Shown: positions 1 to 10,214, counted from the stretch's first letter. The stretch: 64,000 bases of DNA from Bacteroidaceae bacterium (GCA_963618275.1 CAVESC010000002.1:531-64530); one strand, 5' to 3'. Made by a program: numbers and translations. The notes: generated by a model not told the origin, from the sequence alone.

Positions 1-455
1 CAAACTAGATTTTCAAGAGCCATTATTTCTAAAATAATCATCATGAGCTTCTTAAAACCTTTTTTTAATTTTCTTGATCTATGAAAAGAAACCCAAAAGA
101 ATTCCATGAGTGCTGTTGCTAGATAGGTAATCATTTGAATCCCATTATTATTTAGATTTCTATAATAAAATAACATTCCAATTTCTATTAATAAAACAAA
201 TAAAATACTATTAATTCCCCATAATGCTTTTTGTTTGTTATAAATAAGAATACAAAAGTATTCAATAATTAAAAAGAAAACAAGGTCAATATTATTATCT
301 AACAAAAATGTAATAAGACTTATAATAAAAAAACAGATAATCTTTTTCTTTATTTCTAAACCTCTATAAATCTCTAAAACTTGTAATCCATCATTCATAA
401 CAAACATTAATCCTATAATATTAAAAAGACAAATAAAAAAAGACAAAATCATCAT
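1..455 (-). CDS. N-terminal membrane part of a probable sensor histidine kinase (AgrC/GHKL-like), truncated by the window edge
   Basis: Open frame from ATG at 455 to the window start (MMILSFFICLFNIIGLMFV...), strongly hydrophobic, directly downstream of a LytTR response regulator; the kinase domain is not visible. Confidence 0.6.
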   Translation of the reverse strand, partial: MMILSFFICLFNIIGLMFVMNDGLQVLEIYRGLEIKKKIICFFIISLITFLLDNNIDLVFFLIIEYFCILIYNKQKALWGINSILFVLLIEIGMLFYYRNLNNNGIQMITYLATALMEFFWVSFHRSRKLKKGFKKLMMIILEIMALENLV

Positions 456-463
456 ACCTGCAT

Positions 464-1171
464 TCATAAAACCTTACTCCAAAATCTAATATATTCTTCT
501 TTAAATGCATCTAATTTATATCTACTAATAGGAACTTCCTTGTTACCTTCTAAATAAACAATTTTTGAATTATATCTTTGAATCTTATCCATATTGATAA
601 TATAACTTCTATGTACTTGGAAAAATCCTTTATCCTTAAGTAACTCTTGTAAATTCTTAAGAGCTCCTCGCCAACGATAAGTTTCATTTGTACAATGAAT
701 CCATATTTTATCTTTCATTCCTTCAATATAAATAATATCTTTATAACGCATACTATATATTTCACCTTGAAAATGAAAGTTTAAATATTCATCCTTATCT
801 ATTTGTATCTTATCTAAAGCTGCATCTAATACTTCTACTAATTCTTGATCATCTAAAGGCTTTAACAAATATCTAAATGTATCTACTTTAAAACTTTCAA
901 AAACATATTCACTATAAGCCGTTAAAAAAACAATCAAAAGATCTTTATTATAATTTCTTAATTCATGAGCTATTTCCATTCCATTTTTTCCTGGCATATC
1001 AATATCCAAGAAAAGAACATCTATTTTATTTAAATTTGACTCTAATAAACTATTTCCATCTTCATATATATAAATATTAAAAGGCAAATCTTGTGAAAAA
1101 TAATATCTCTCTATTTTATTTTGTAATAATTGACAAATTTTTCTCTCGTCATCACATATAGCTATTTCCAC
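464..1171 (-). CDS. LytTR family DNA-binding response regulator (AgrA/LytT-like)
   Basis: Receiver motifs ICDDE, FLDIDMP, FLTA, YLLKP; C-terminal FFQVHRSYIIN LytTR motif. Confidence 0.95.
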   Translation of the reverse strand: MEIAICDDERKICQLLQNKIERYYFSQDLPFNIYIYEDGNSLLESNLNKIDVLFLDIDMPGKNGMEIAHELRNYNKDLLIVFLTAYSEYVFESFKVDTFRYLLKPLDDQELVEVLDAALDKIQIDKDEYLNFHFQGEIYSMRYKDIIYIEGMKDKIWIHCTNETYRWRGALKNLQELLKDKGFFQVHRSYIINMDKIQRYNSKIVYLEGNKEVPISRYKLDAFKEEYIRFWSKVL

Positions 1172-1301
1172 ATTATCCCCTCTTTCCCTCTATCTTCATA
1201 TTTATATTATAACTTCAACCTATTATTTCAAAAAGTTAAATTTGCATATTTTCACAATAAAAAAGTGATAGAAAAAATCTACCACTTAAATAACTTGTAT
1301 T

Positions 1302-2624
1302 CTATTTATTGAAAATCTCCAGTTTTCTATATTGATAAACTTGGTAAAGATTTACAAAAATCCAACCAACACCACATCCTAAAGCAACACCTACTAAACC
1401 AAGATGATGAATAAGAAGATAAGATAAAATAACACGTAAAGTGACATGCATCGTTGTTCCTTTAAAAGGAATATCTACACGTCCAATACCTCGATAGAAT
1501 CCTACAAAGACATTTCCAATGAAACAGAAAATATAAAAGATACAAACAACCAACATATAGATAAAGGTTTCATGAATAACTTGATATTGACTCTTTTCTA
1601 CAAATAATAAGGTCATTGGTTTAGTGAGTAAAACAATGATAATTGATAAAACAACAGATAAAGAAATCATTAACTTTAATCCTTTAAATAATGTTTCTTT
1701 TGTTCTTTTTGTATTATGTGCTCCATAATTTTGTCCTACTAAGATAGAGATTGCGGCACAACCACTATCACCAAATGAATTAATAAGACCTTCTATTCTT
1801 GTAGTGACCGCATATGCCGTCACAATATTCATTCCTGCACTATTGATTGCTCCTTGAATAAATAATTTACCTAAATAAAGACTTGATTGATGTAAAGCGG
1901 AAATTAAACCATAATTGATTGTTGTTTTAAGTAATGGTTTAATATTTGTAATTTGATTGAGTTTAAAACAGACAAAAGGATATCTTTTGATTAAATAATA
2001 AGTTGAACAAAGTGATGAAATCAATTGTGAAATAATTGTCGCATAAGCAAGTGCTTGAACTCCTTGATGAAAAATCACCACAAATATAATATCTAAAACA
2101 ATATTAATAAAAACAGATAATCCTAATACATATAAAGCCACTTTAGAATCACCAAAAGATCTTAAAACAGAAGAACTCCAATTATAAATAAAAGTAATAA
2201 ATAAAAAGAGAATAATTATTGTTAAATACTTTTTAACGAGTAAAAAGATACACTGTGGTGTAGACATTAACTTTAAAAAAGTAGTTAAATTCAATAAGCC
2301 TATAAAAGATAAAAGAAAAACAAAACATAATCCAAATACTAAAGAAATAAACATTTCTTTTTTTATCCCTAATTCATTTCTTTCTCCATAATATTGAGAA
2401 AAAATAATTGTTATTCCATTACAACAACCATTGATCATAAAGATAAATAAATTCATCATACTTCCTGCTGTTCCAATGGCACTAAAGGCATTTTGACTAA
2501 TCCATTGTCCAGCAATAAAACTATCTACTGTATTATAAAATTGTTGTAAAATATTTCCTAAAATCAAAGGTAGAGCTAAAGCTATCAATTGTTTATTGAT
2601 ATTACCTTCTAATAAACTTTTCAT
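1302..2624 (-). CDS. MATE family efflux transporter
   Basis: PLILGNILQQFYNTVDS and RSFGDSK motifs, many TM segments; start moved to ATG 2624 (MKSLLEG). Confidence 0.9.
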   Translation of the reverse strand: MKSLLEGNINKQLIALALPLILGNILQQFYNTVDSFIAGQWISQNAFSAIGTAGSMMNLFIFMINGCCNGITIIFSQYYGERNELGIKKEMFISLVFGLCFVFLLSFIGLLNLTTFLKLMSTPQCIFLLVKKYLTIIILFLFITFIYNWSSSVLRSFGDSKVALYVLGLSVFINIVLDIIFVVIFHQGVQALAYATIISQLISSLCSTYYLIKRYPFVCFKLNQITNIKPLLKTTINYGLISALHQSSLYLGKLFIQGAINSAGMNIVTAYAVTTRIEGLINSFGDSGCAAISILVGQNYGAHNTKRTKETLFKGLKLMISLSVVLSIIIVLLTKPMTLLFVEKSQYQVIHETFIYMLVVCIFYIFCFIGNVFVGFYRGIGRVDIPFKGTTMHVTLRVILSYLLIHHLGLVGVALGCGVGWIFVNLYQVYQYRKLEIFNK

Positions 2625-2725
2625 AAAATCACTTCCCGCTAATAACCTATCAAAAGAAATACATGTTGTAAAATGCATATTATGTATATAAAATATAAAG
2701 TATAATTTATATTTAGGAGAAGATT

Positions 2726-3598
2726 ATGACAGATTTAGAATTAGAAGCTTTTTTAAGTGTGATCCAAAACGGTTCATTATCTAAAGCTGCAATTGAACTT
2801 TATATTACCCAACCAGCTTTAAGTAGAAGAATTAAAAACTTAGAAAATGAATTAGGGTATGAATTGTTTAAAAGGGGAAAAGGAAAGAAAGAAGTAGAAC
2901 TAACAAGCCAAGGGGAACTCTTTTTACCTCTTGCTAGAAAATATTTAACTTTACTTAAAGAAGCAAAACAAATTAAAAACAACGATCAAAAAGAAACATT
3001 TTTACTAGCTTCTATTGGTAGTGTAAGTACTTATTTATTACCTTCAATTCTACAAACATTTTTAAAACAAAATGATTATATAAAACTCTGTTTTCATATC
3101 TATCATTCATTTGAAGTTTATAAATACGTTGAAGAACAACAAATAGATCTCGCTATTGTCTCTCATCAAATGTATTATAAAAATATTCAAACCATTCCTC
3201 TTTTTAGTGAAGAAATGGTTCTTGTATCAAAGAAACAATATGACAACCTAGTTCATCCTAGTGAATTAGATGTCAGTCATGAAATCCGTATTCCTTGGTC
3301 ACCTGAACATGATATTTGGCATGATTATTGGTTTCAATCATCTACTGATTACGCCGTTAACTTAGATGAAATGTCTTTACTTGAATACTTTTTATCATTA
3401 GAAAATACATGGGCTATTGTTCCTATTTCTATCGCTAAAAAACTTCATTCTATTCATATTAACCATCTTATTGATGGTCCTGAAAATAGAGTGATTTATT
3501 ATATTAAAAGGCTCAATTCACAAAATAAAATCATTGATTTATTTATTGAACATCTTCAAAATCAATTAAAAGAACTTGATTATATAGAAGTACTTTAA
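2726..3598 (+). CDS. LysR family transcriptional regulator
   Basis: GSLSKAAIELYITQPALSRRIKNLENELG HTH; divergent from the MATE gene. Confidence 0.95.
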   Translation: MTDLELEAFLSVIQNGSLSKAAIELYITQPALSRRIKNLENELGYELFKRGKGKKEVELTSQGELFLPLARKYLTLLKEAKQIKNNDQKETFLLASIGSVSTYLLPSILQTFLKQNDYIKLCFHIYHSFEVYKYVEEQQIDLAIVSHQMYYKNIQTIPLFSEEMVLVSKKQYDNLVHPSELDVSHEIRIPWSPEHDIWHDYWFQSSTDYAVNLDEMSLLEYFLSLENTWAIVPISIAKKLHSIHINHLIDGPENRVIYYIKRLNSQNKIIDLFIEHLQNQLKELDYIEVL

Positions 3599-3652
3599 AG
3601 ATCTACAATTTAAATTTTATATCTTGTTGTAAATAGCTTAATATTATTTGTA

Positions 3653-3681
3653 TTGACATAATAATAGTGTGTAAATACAAT
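3653..3681 (+). promoter_or_regulatory. sigma70/SigA-type promoter
   Basis: TTGACA (3653-3658), 17 bp spacer, TACAAT (3676-3681). Confidence 0.65.
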
Positions 3682-3696
3682 AATTGCATAAGACTA

Positions 3697-3730
3697 GGTC
3701 AGGTAGCATACGGTGCCCTGACCATTTTTT
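3697..3730 (+). terminator. Intrinsic terminator
   Basis: GGTCAGG...CCTGACC stem followed by ATTTTTT. Confidence 0.75.
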
Positions 3731-3741
3731 GTTTAAAATTC

Positions 3742-3770
3742 AAAAGCAAAACCCTAAAGTTTTGCTTCTA
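3742..3770. repeat. 29-bp direct repeat, copy 1, bounding the MNT-HEPN module
   Basis: AAAAGCAAAACCCTAAAGTTTTGCTTCTA, identical to 4529-4557. Confidence 0.95.
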
Positions 3771-4136
3771 AATACTTCTCTATTTCATTATAAAAATATT
3801 TTACATTTTCTATTTGTTCTTTGAAACAATATAGAAATCATCATAATCACTATCAGAACGAATATCAAAGGCTTCAGAAATAATATCAGAAAGCCTAACA
3901 TCAAATATTCCTGTTTTTATATAACTTTTTCTAAAATAAGAAATAACGGCAGAATGTTTTTTGAAATCCACTTTTTCTAACGCTAAAACACTTCTTATTG
4001 AATGAAACACAGAATAATAAGATCTATTTGCTGCACCTTTATAATCTTCAATTTCATAAAGTTTTTCAGCAGATATAATACATTGTTTTGCTTGTGACAA
4101 TCTATATTTAGCTAAATCTTTTCTAGAATTATCCAT
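3754..4136 (-). pseudogene. HEPN-domain protein (UPF0332-like), frameshifted near its 3' end
   Basis: MDNSRKDLAKYRL...ANRSYYSVFH...KKHSAV...RSDSDY; the frame stops at VSKNK* (3810) while another frame continues EQIENVKYFYNEIEKYLEAKL* to 3754. Confidence 0.75.
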
Positions 4137-4467
4137 AAATTGTATAACCTTCTTTAACAATATTTTGATAAAAAGGAAGTATATCTTTATCTTCATTAAA
4201 AGATTTTACATCTCTAAAAACAATAGATACCATTATATCATTCTTTAAACCTACTCTACTTGCTATTTTACTTACATCTTTTCTATAAGTAATCACTTCC
4301 TTATAAGGTCTATCAAATAAAACAATTAAATCCATATCCGAATCTTCTCGATTATCTCCTCTAGCATAAGAACCGTACAAAATAATTTTACTTACTTTAT
4401 TACCATAGCACTCAAGCATAGATTCTGTTACTTCTTTTCCAACTTTTGAAATAACTTGTTCATTCAT
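4129..4467 (-). CDS. Minimal nucleotidyltransferase (MNT) antitoxin-like protein
   Basis: ILYGSYARGDNREDSDMDL motif; AGGAGG RBS before ATG 4467; stop overlaps the HEPN start. Confidence 0.9.
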   Translation of the reverse strand: MNEQVISKVGKEVTESMLECYGNKVSKIILYGSYARGDNREDSDMDLIVLFDRPYKEVITYRKDVSKIASRVGLKNDIMVSIVFRDVKSFNEDKDILPFYQNIVKEGYTIYG

Positions 4468-4528
4468 TTTAGAGCCTCCTTTACTATTTAATTTATTATA
4501 CCATATAACATCTTTTAAAATCATATTT

Positions 4529-4557
4529 AAAAGCAAAACCCTAAAGTTTTGCTTCTA
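4529..4557. repeat. 29-bp direct repeat, copy 2 (3' end and terminator of the ABC ATPase gene)
   Basis: Identical to 3742-3770; on the minus strand it encodes EAKL* and forms an AAGCAAAAC/GTTTTGCTT hairpin followed by Ts. Confidence 0.95.
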
Positions 4558-5215
4558 TTTTACCTTCTTTAATTTTTAAAGATACATCACACATCTTTGC
4601 TAGAGTAGGTGAGTGTGTTACCAAAATAATACATTTATGATGAATATGTGCTAAATCTAAGAAAGTATTCATGATTTCTATTGAATTCTTTTCATCAAGA
4701 TTACCTGTTGGTTCATCACAAAGAATTAAATCAACTTCTCTTGCAATTGCACGGGCAATAGCTACTCTTTGTTGTTGTCCACCTGATAGTTGACGAACAT
4801 CTCTTTTACATTCTTCTTTTGAAAGTCCTAGCTGTTCAAGAATAGATAAACAGTATTCTTTTTTATCTTTTCTTTTAATACCTGCGATTTCTAAAGCAGA
4901 CATAACATTTTCTAAAGCATTCATATAGTAGATAAGATTATATGATTGAAAGACGATAGAGATATCTTCTCGACGATATTTATTTAAACCTATTTCTTGG
5001 ATATCTTTTCCTTTGAATAAAACTTTTCCTGCACTTGGCTTATCTAAGCCAGAAGCAAGGGAAAGGGTCGTTGTTTTCCCACTTCCACTTTCTCCAACAA
5101 CAGCATAGATTTTACCTTTTTCAAACGAATACGAAGTATCCTCCAAGATTTGATTTCTTCCTTTACCATCTTGATAACTATAACTTATATTTTCTAATTC
5201 TAATAACTTTTCCAT
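4541..5215 (-). CDS. ABC transporter ATP-binding protein (LolD/MacB-like)
   Basis: [34 protein letters not shown]. Confidence 0.95.
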   Translation of the reverse strand: MEKLLELENISYSYQDGKGRNQILEDTSYSFEKGKIYAVVGESGSGKTTTLSLASGLDKPSAGKVLFKGKDIQEIGLNKYRREDISIVFQSYNLIYYMNALENVMSALEIAGIKRKDKKEYCLSILEQLGLSKEECKRDVRQLSGGQQQRVAIARAIAREVDLILCDEPTGNLDEKNSIEIMNTFLDLAHIHHKCIILVTHSPTLAKMCDVSLKIKEGKIEAKL

Positions 5216-5216
5216 C

Positions 5217-6683
5217 TTAACCTTCCTTTCTTGATAAGATTTGTCTAGGTGTAAGTCTTAATACATAAGCAGCTGGAACAACGATTGAAATAATACAAAT
5301 TGCTGCTGTGACACCAGCTAATTGAATCACATTTTCACTAGTAATTGATACATCTAATTCTTGATTTGATGGACCTTCCATCATATTTCCTAGGAAATTT
5401 TCTTTTGTTTTATTATCTTTTTGTTGATTATTATCTGATTGATTTTGATTATCATTTGGTTGTTGATTGTCTTGTTTATCACCTTTTTGGTCCATTTGCA
5501 TGACATTTGAAGAAGTACTATCTTCTAGCATATTCCCCATATAATGAGATGTTAATTGTCCTGTACCTAATGAAATCACAAAGGCAACAGCTGCAATTAA
5601 TCCAATTTCTAATAATTGTTGTAAAATAATTTTTACTTTACTTTGTCCAAGTGATAAAAGAACACCAATTTCATAATATCTATTTCTAATTGTTAGAGCT
5701 AAAATCAAACAAAGAATAGCACTACCTGCAATGACAACAATCCATACAAACATCTTTGCAAAAGATTGCATACTTTCAAGAGAAGATGCATTTTGTTGAT
5801 AAAGACGATCATTAGCTTCTAACAAGAATGTATCAAAATCAATATCACTTTTCTTTTTCGCAAGTTTGACAAAAGCTTCTGCATTTTCAGGATCATCTAA
5901 ATAATAAATGGCTGATGTAATATTTTCACTACTTCCTGTAAGGGTTTGTCCAACTGATAAATCTGTATAAATGGTATTGACTGGATTATTAAAATGAGCA
6001 CCACCAATTTCATTTGTTGATTGAATTTCATAAATACCTACAATTGTAAGTTCTTGTGTAACTGTTTCATCATTAACAGTTGTTGTAATTGTAAAGGTAT
6101 CACCAACACTTAAATCATTATCACTCGCAAGATTTGTTTCAATGACACAATTGTTTGTATTGGCATCATCACTTGTAAGTAAACGACCATCTGTTAAGGT
6201 ATAATTACTATTTGTAAATGATTCTAAATATTCCATGGTAGTATTGGCACTAATTGTAAAATCACCTTGATTAGAATCTTGTCCTTTTTGATCATCTGGT
6301 CTATTTTGATCTTGTTGATTATTACTGCTATCTGATTCACTTTCTACCGCTGAAATAGCATCACTATTAGCAGATGTAGATATTTGATAATTATAATTTT
6401 CTACATACTTTAAATCTTTTAAACTATCTGCCATGGTTGTTGTTAATGATGTATCATTGCTTACAGCTTCACCTGGCTCTCTGTTTTTCATCATATTTCT
6501 AAAATCAACGGAAAGTGTAACATCGTTTCCTAAACTACTACGAATTTGATCCATTGATTTTTGTGTTGCTGATTGAATGGATAAACCAGCAATAACTAAG
6601 TTTGCGATTACAACAATAATCACAAATAATAAAATCGTTTTTCCTATGTTTTTCTTTAAACTTAAAAGTGCGTTTTTTATCAT
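5217..6683 (-). CDS. ABC transporter permease (FtsX/MacB-like)
   Basis: N-terminal TM, large extracellular domain, RYYEIGVLLSLG motif, C-terminal TMs; GGAGGT RBS before ATG 6683. Confidence 0.9.
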   Translation of the reverse strand: MIKNALLSLKKNIGKTILLFVIIVVIANLVIAGLSIQSATQKSMDQIRSSLGNDVTLSVDFRNMMKNREPGEAVSNDTSLTTTMADSLKDLKYVENYNYQISTSANSDAISAVESESDSSNNQQDQNRPDDQKGQDSNQGDFTISANTTMEYLESFTNSNYTLTDGRLLTSDDANTNNCVIETNLASDNDLSVGDTFTITTTVNDETVTQELTIVGIYEIQSTNEIGGAHFNNPVNTIYTDLSVGQTLTGSSENITSAIYYLDDPENAEAFVKLAKKKSDIDFDTFLLEANDRLYQQNASSLESMQSFAKMFVWIVVIAGSAILCLILALTIRNRYYEIGVLLSLGQSKVKIILQQLLEIGLIAAVAFVISLGTGQLTSHYMGNMLEDSTSSNVMQMDQKGDKQDNQQPNDNQNQSDNNQQKDNKTKENFLGNMMEGPSNQELDVSITSENVIQLAGVTAAICIISIVVPAAYVLRLTPRQILSRKEG

Positions 6684-6764
6684 ACTTTTTACCTCCATCT
6701 TCAATATAGAGAAAAAGTATATCCATAAAATGGAATAATTATGTAAAAAAAAGGGTTGCGAATT

Positions 6765-7367
6765 TTATTTATTCGTAATCCCTAAACTTTCATTAACTCC
6801 TAATGTTTCATCTTCAATCATATCAGCCATACTTTGTGCAATTGCTGCACGATCAACATTTTTAGAAGATGGTTGTGTTCCTTCTTTTGTAAGTTCATAA
6901 GCTATTTTATCACCATCTTTAATACCTGGACATCTAAGAAGTGTCGTGATTGCTTCACTTCCTGCAATAATATCTGCTGCTTCAATATAATCCGGTCTTT
7001 TCTTAGCAAGCATGCTTAACATTTTTCCTCTTAATCCTGTGATTTCATGATGAATACCCATTCCTGTAATCCAAATAATACGTTTAACAGATGTTTCTTT
7101 TAAACCTGCTACAATATTTAAAGCCATGGTACGAACATCACCTTCAAGTGAACATAACATAATATCTTGATCTTGCATTGCTTTTAAAACATCTTCTTGA
7201 TTTAAAGCATCACCTTGAATAATATTAACTCCTTCTAAATCCATATCTCCAAATTTTTGTGGATTTCTTACAAAAACAGATAATTGTACATCATCCATTG
7301 CCTTCATTTTTCTTGTAATATATTTTCCTGTATGTCCAGCCGCACCAAAAATAACAACTTTTTTCAT
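6765..7367 (-). CDS. NAD(P)-binding oxidoreductase (atypical SDR, BVR-B-like)
   Basis: VVIFGAAGHTG Rossmann motif, FVRNP, IQGDA. Confidence 0.85.
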   Translation of the reverse strand: MKKVVIFGAAGHTGKYITRKMKAMDDVQLSVFVRNPQKFGDMDLEGVNIIQGDALNQEDVLKAMQDQDIMLCSLEGDVRTMALNIVAGLKETSVKRIIWITGMGIHHEITGLRGKMLSMLAKKRPDYIEAADIIAGSEAITTLLRCPGIKDGDKIAYELTKEGTQPSSKNVDRAAIAQSMADMIEDETLGVNESLGITNK

Positions 7368-7403
7368 ATTTTCTATTATCCTTCCTTATACTATGTTAAG
7401 ATA

Positions 7404-7434
7404 AGTGTAATGCCATCGGGTTACCCGAGGTCAA
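7404..7434 (-). promoter_or_regulatory. MerR-type promoter/operator of the oxidoreductase gene
   Basis: Minus strand TTGACC, 19 bp spacer, TACACT, with the dyad TCGGGTTACCCGA (7416-7428) in the spacer. Confidence 0.8.
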
Positions 7435-7452
7435 GAGATAGGAAGAAAAAAT

Positions 7453-7848
7453 ATGGAATATACGATTAAATATGTATGTGAAACCCTTCATCTTACGATT
7501 CATACGGTAAGACATTATTGTGATAAGGGACTTGTTCCAAATTTAAAATATGATCAGTATGGAAATCGCTTATTTGATGAAGAATCTCTTCATTGGTTAC
7601 AAGCAGCCCTCTTTTTAAAAGAGAGTGGTCTTTCTCTTAATGAAATTAAACATTTTTTTGATTTATGTTTAAAAGGAGAAACAACGCTTGAAGAAAGAAA
7701 AAATATTCTTATTCAATTAAAAGAAAAAGCACTTAATGATTTAATAAAGGCTAAAGAAAGAGTGACTTGTTTAGAGGATAAGATACAAGGGTGTCAGGAA
7801 GCACTTCAAGGATTACATGAGGATGAATGTAATCCATTAAATTGGTAA
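7453..7848 (+). CDS. MerR family transcriptional regulator
   Basis: YTIKYV...TVRHYCDKGLV...YGNRLF HTH followed by a coiled coil. Confidence 0.92.
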   Translation: MEYTIKYVCETLHLTIHTVRHYCDKGLVPNLKYDQYGNRLFDEESLHWLQAALFLKESGLSLNEIKHFFDLCLKGETTLEERKNILIQLKEKALNDLIKAKERVTCLEDKIQGCQEALQGLHEDECNPLNW

Positions 7849-7866
7849 AAAGGAAAAGGAAATTAT

Positions 7867-10197
7867 ATGAAATTAGGGAATTTGGCTATAGGAAAAAGTG
7901 CGGTAATCGTCTCTGTAGGAGGAACAGGGGCATTAAGACAACACTTTTTAGATATGGGACTTATTCAAGGTACAGAAGTTACAATGGTAAAATATGCGCC
8001 TATGGGTGATCCTATTGAAATTAAAATACATGATTATGAGCTAACTTTGAGAAAAGAAGATGCTCAAAAAATAGAAGTAAAAGAAATTGTTAAAAAAGAA
8101 GAATTAAAAAATGAAAACATTATTTTTCAACATAAAAACCATCCTGGATATGGTGAAGCAAAAGATAATAAAATCAATAACCAACAAATCTACTTAGAAA
8201 GTGATTTACTTACTTTTGCTTTAGTTGGTAATCAAAACTGTGGTAAAACAACTTTATTTAATCAATTAACTGGTTCTAATCAACATGTTGGTAACTTTCC
8301 AGGAGTAACGGTTGATCGTAAAGATGGTATTATTAAAGGCTATAAAAATACACTTATTACGGATCTACCAGGAATTTATTCAATGTCGCCTTATAGTAGT
8401 GAAGAAATTGTAACTAGAAATTTTTTATTAAAAGAAAAACCAAAAGCAATTATCAATATTGTAGATGCGACAAATATTGAAAGAAATCTTTATTTAACAA
8501 TGCAACTATTAGAACTCAATATGCCAATGGTCGTTGCATTAAATATGATGGATGAAATGTCAGGAAATGGGGGAACTGTTCTTATTAATGAACTTGAAGA
8601 ACATTTAGGTGTTCCTGTTGTTCCTATTTCAGCTGCTAAAGGAGAAGGAATCGATGAACTGGTAAGTCATGTTTTACATGTCGCTTATTATCAAGAAAGA
8701 CCTCAGTTTTTACAAAAGTTTGATAATCAGGCTCTTGATCGTTGCCTAAATGCGATTGAACATCTTATTGAAGATCATGCTAAAAAAGCAAGAATCCCTT
8801 TACGTTTTGCAGCAAGTAAACTTGCTGAAGATGATAATCTATTATTAGAACAGCTTGATTTAAGTCAAAATGAAAAAGAAATATTAGAACATATTCGTAA
8901 ACAACTTGAAGAAGAAAGTGGTCTTGATTGTTCAGCTGCTATTGCCAGTGATCGTTTTCATTCAATTATTGATATTTGTAGACAAACTGTAAAGAAACCC
9001 CATGAAAGTAAAGAAAGATTAAGAAGTCAAAGAATTGATCAATTCTTAACTGGAAAATATACAGGAATTCCTGCTTTTATTGGAATTATGGGAATTGTCT
9101 TCTTTTTAACTTTTAATGTTATTGGTTCTTTTTTACAAGGGATTTTAGAAAATGGCGTATCTATTGTAACGAACTATGTTGATATGCTTTTAACTCAAGC
9201 ACAAATCAATGCTGCTTTACATTCTTTGATCATTGATGGGATTTTTAATGGGGTAGGAACTGTTTTAAGCTTTTTACCAATTATCGTGACTTTATTTTTC
9301 TTCTTATCTATTTTAGAAGATAGTGGCTATATGGCACGTGTTGCTTTTATCATGGATAAACTTTTAAGAAAAATAGGACTTTCAGGAAGAAGTATTGTCC
9401 CAATGTTGATCGGTTTTGGATGTACAGTTCCTGGTGTTATGGCTAGTCGTACACTTTCTTCAAGAAGAGATCGACAAATGACAATTATTCTAACACCATT
9501 TATGTCATGTTCAGCAAAACTACCAATTTATGCTTTCTTTACCTCTGTCTTTTTCCCAGGTAAGGGTGCATTAGTCATGATTTTCTTATATGTTTTTGGT
9601 ATTTTAACAGGTATTATCTTTGCTTTAATTTTAAAAGAATCTCTTTTTAAAGGAGAACCTGTTCCTTTTGTCATGGAGCTTCCAAACTACCGTATGCCAG
9701 GTGCTAAAAATGTCTGTCAATTATTATGGGAAAAAGCTAAAGATTTCTTACAACGTGCTTTTACTGTTATTTTTATCGCAACCATCGTTATTTGGTTCTT
9801 ACAAACATTTGATTTAAGACTTAATATTGTCACAGAATCTAAAGATAGTATTCTTGCTATTCTTGCAGGATATATCGCCCCAATCTTTAGTCCATTAGGA
9901 TTTGGTGATTGGCGTATTTCAACAGCCCTTATTTCAGGATTCATGGCAAAAGAAAGTGTTGTTTCAACATTATCTATTCTTTATGGTTCAACCCAATCAT
10001 TGTTGATGTCCCTAACAACACCAGCTGCTTTATCTTTACTTATTTTCTGTTTACTTTATACCCCTTGTATTGCAGCTATTGCTTCAATAAAAAGAGAGCT
10101 TAATGGAAAATGGGCATTGATTGTTGTCTTTGGACAATGCTTTATTGCCTGGCTTGCAGCCTTTGTTGTCTATCACTTGATTTTATTGGTATTTTAG
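7867..10197 (+). CDS. feoB: Ferrous iron transport protein B with fused N-terminal FeoA domain
   Basis: FeoA-like N-terminus (APMGDPIEI); GNQNCGKTTLFN, GNFPGVTVD, DLPG, NMMD GTPase motifs; GFGC and PFMSC gate motifs. Confidence 0.95.
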   Translation: MKLGNLAIGKSAVIVSVGGTGALRQHFLDMGLIQGTEVTMVKYAPMGDPIEIKIHDYELTLRKEDAQKIEVKEIVKKEELKNENIIFQHKNHPGYGEAKDNKINNQQIYLESDLLTFALVGNQNCGKTTLFNQLTGSNQHVGNFPGVTVDRKDGIIKGYKNTLITDLPGIYSMSPYSSEEIVTRNFLLKEKPKAIINIVDATNIERNLYLTMQLLELNMPMVVALNMMDEMSGNGGTVLINELEEHLGVPVVPISAAKGEGIDELVSHVLHVAYYQERPQFLQKFDNQALDRCLNAIEHLIEDHAKKARIPLRFAASKLAEDDNLLLEQLDLSQNEKEILEHIRKQLEEESGLDCSAAIASDRFHSIIDICRQTVKKPHESKERLRSQRIDQFLTGKYTGIPAFIGIMGIVFFLTFNVIGSFLQGILENGVSIVTNYVDMLLTQAQINAALHSLIIDGIFNGVGTVLSFLPIIVTLFFFLSILEDSGYMARVAFIMDKLLRKIGLSGRSIVPMLIGFGCTVPGVMASRTLSSRRDRQMTIILTPFMSCSAKLPIYAFFTSVFFPGKGALVMIFLYVFGILTGIIFALILKESLFKGEPVPFVMELPNYRMPGAKNVCQLLWEKAKDFLQRAFTVIFIATIVIWFLQTFDLRLNIVTESKDSILAILAGYIAPIFSPLGFGDWRISTALISGFMAKESVVSTLSILYGSTQSLLMSLTTPAALSLLIFCLLYTPCIAAIASIKRELNGKWALIVVFGQCFIAWLAAFVVYHLILLVF

Positions 10198-10214
10198 TAT
10201 TGTAACATCATTTT

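Noticed and set aside
1130..1312. Short ORF-track entries antisense to or overlapping real genes (e.g. 1130, 2800, 5035, 9717, 16257, 27165, 36619, 45510, 61800)
   Set aside because: Shadow frames of well-supported genes, with no RBS or recognisable motifs
3691..3725. GGTCAGG hairpin as SRP RNA
   Set aside because: It lacks the CCGGAAGGAAGCAGC core and is too short
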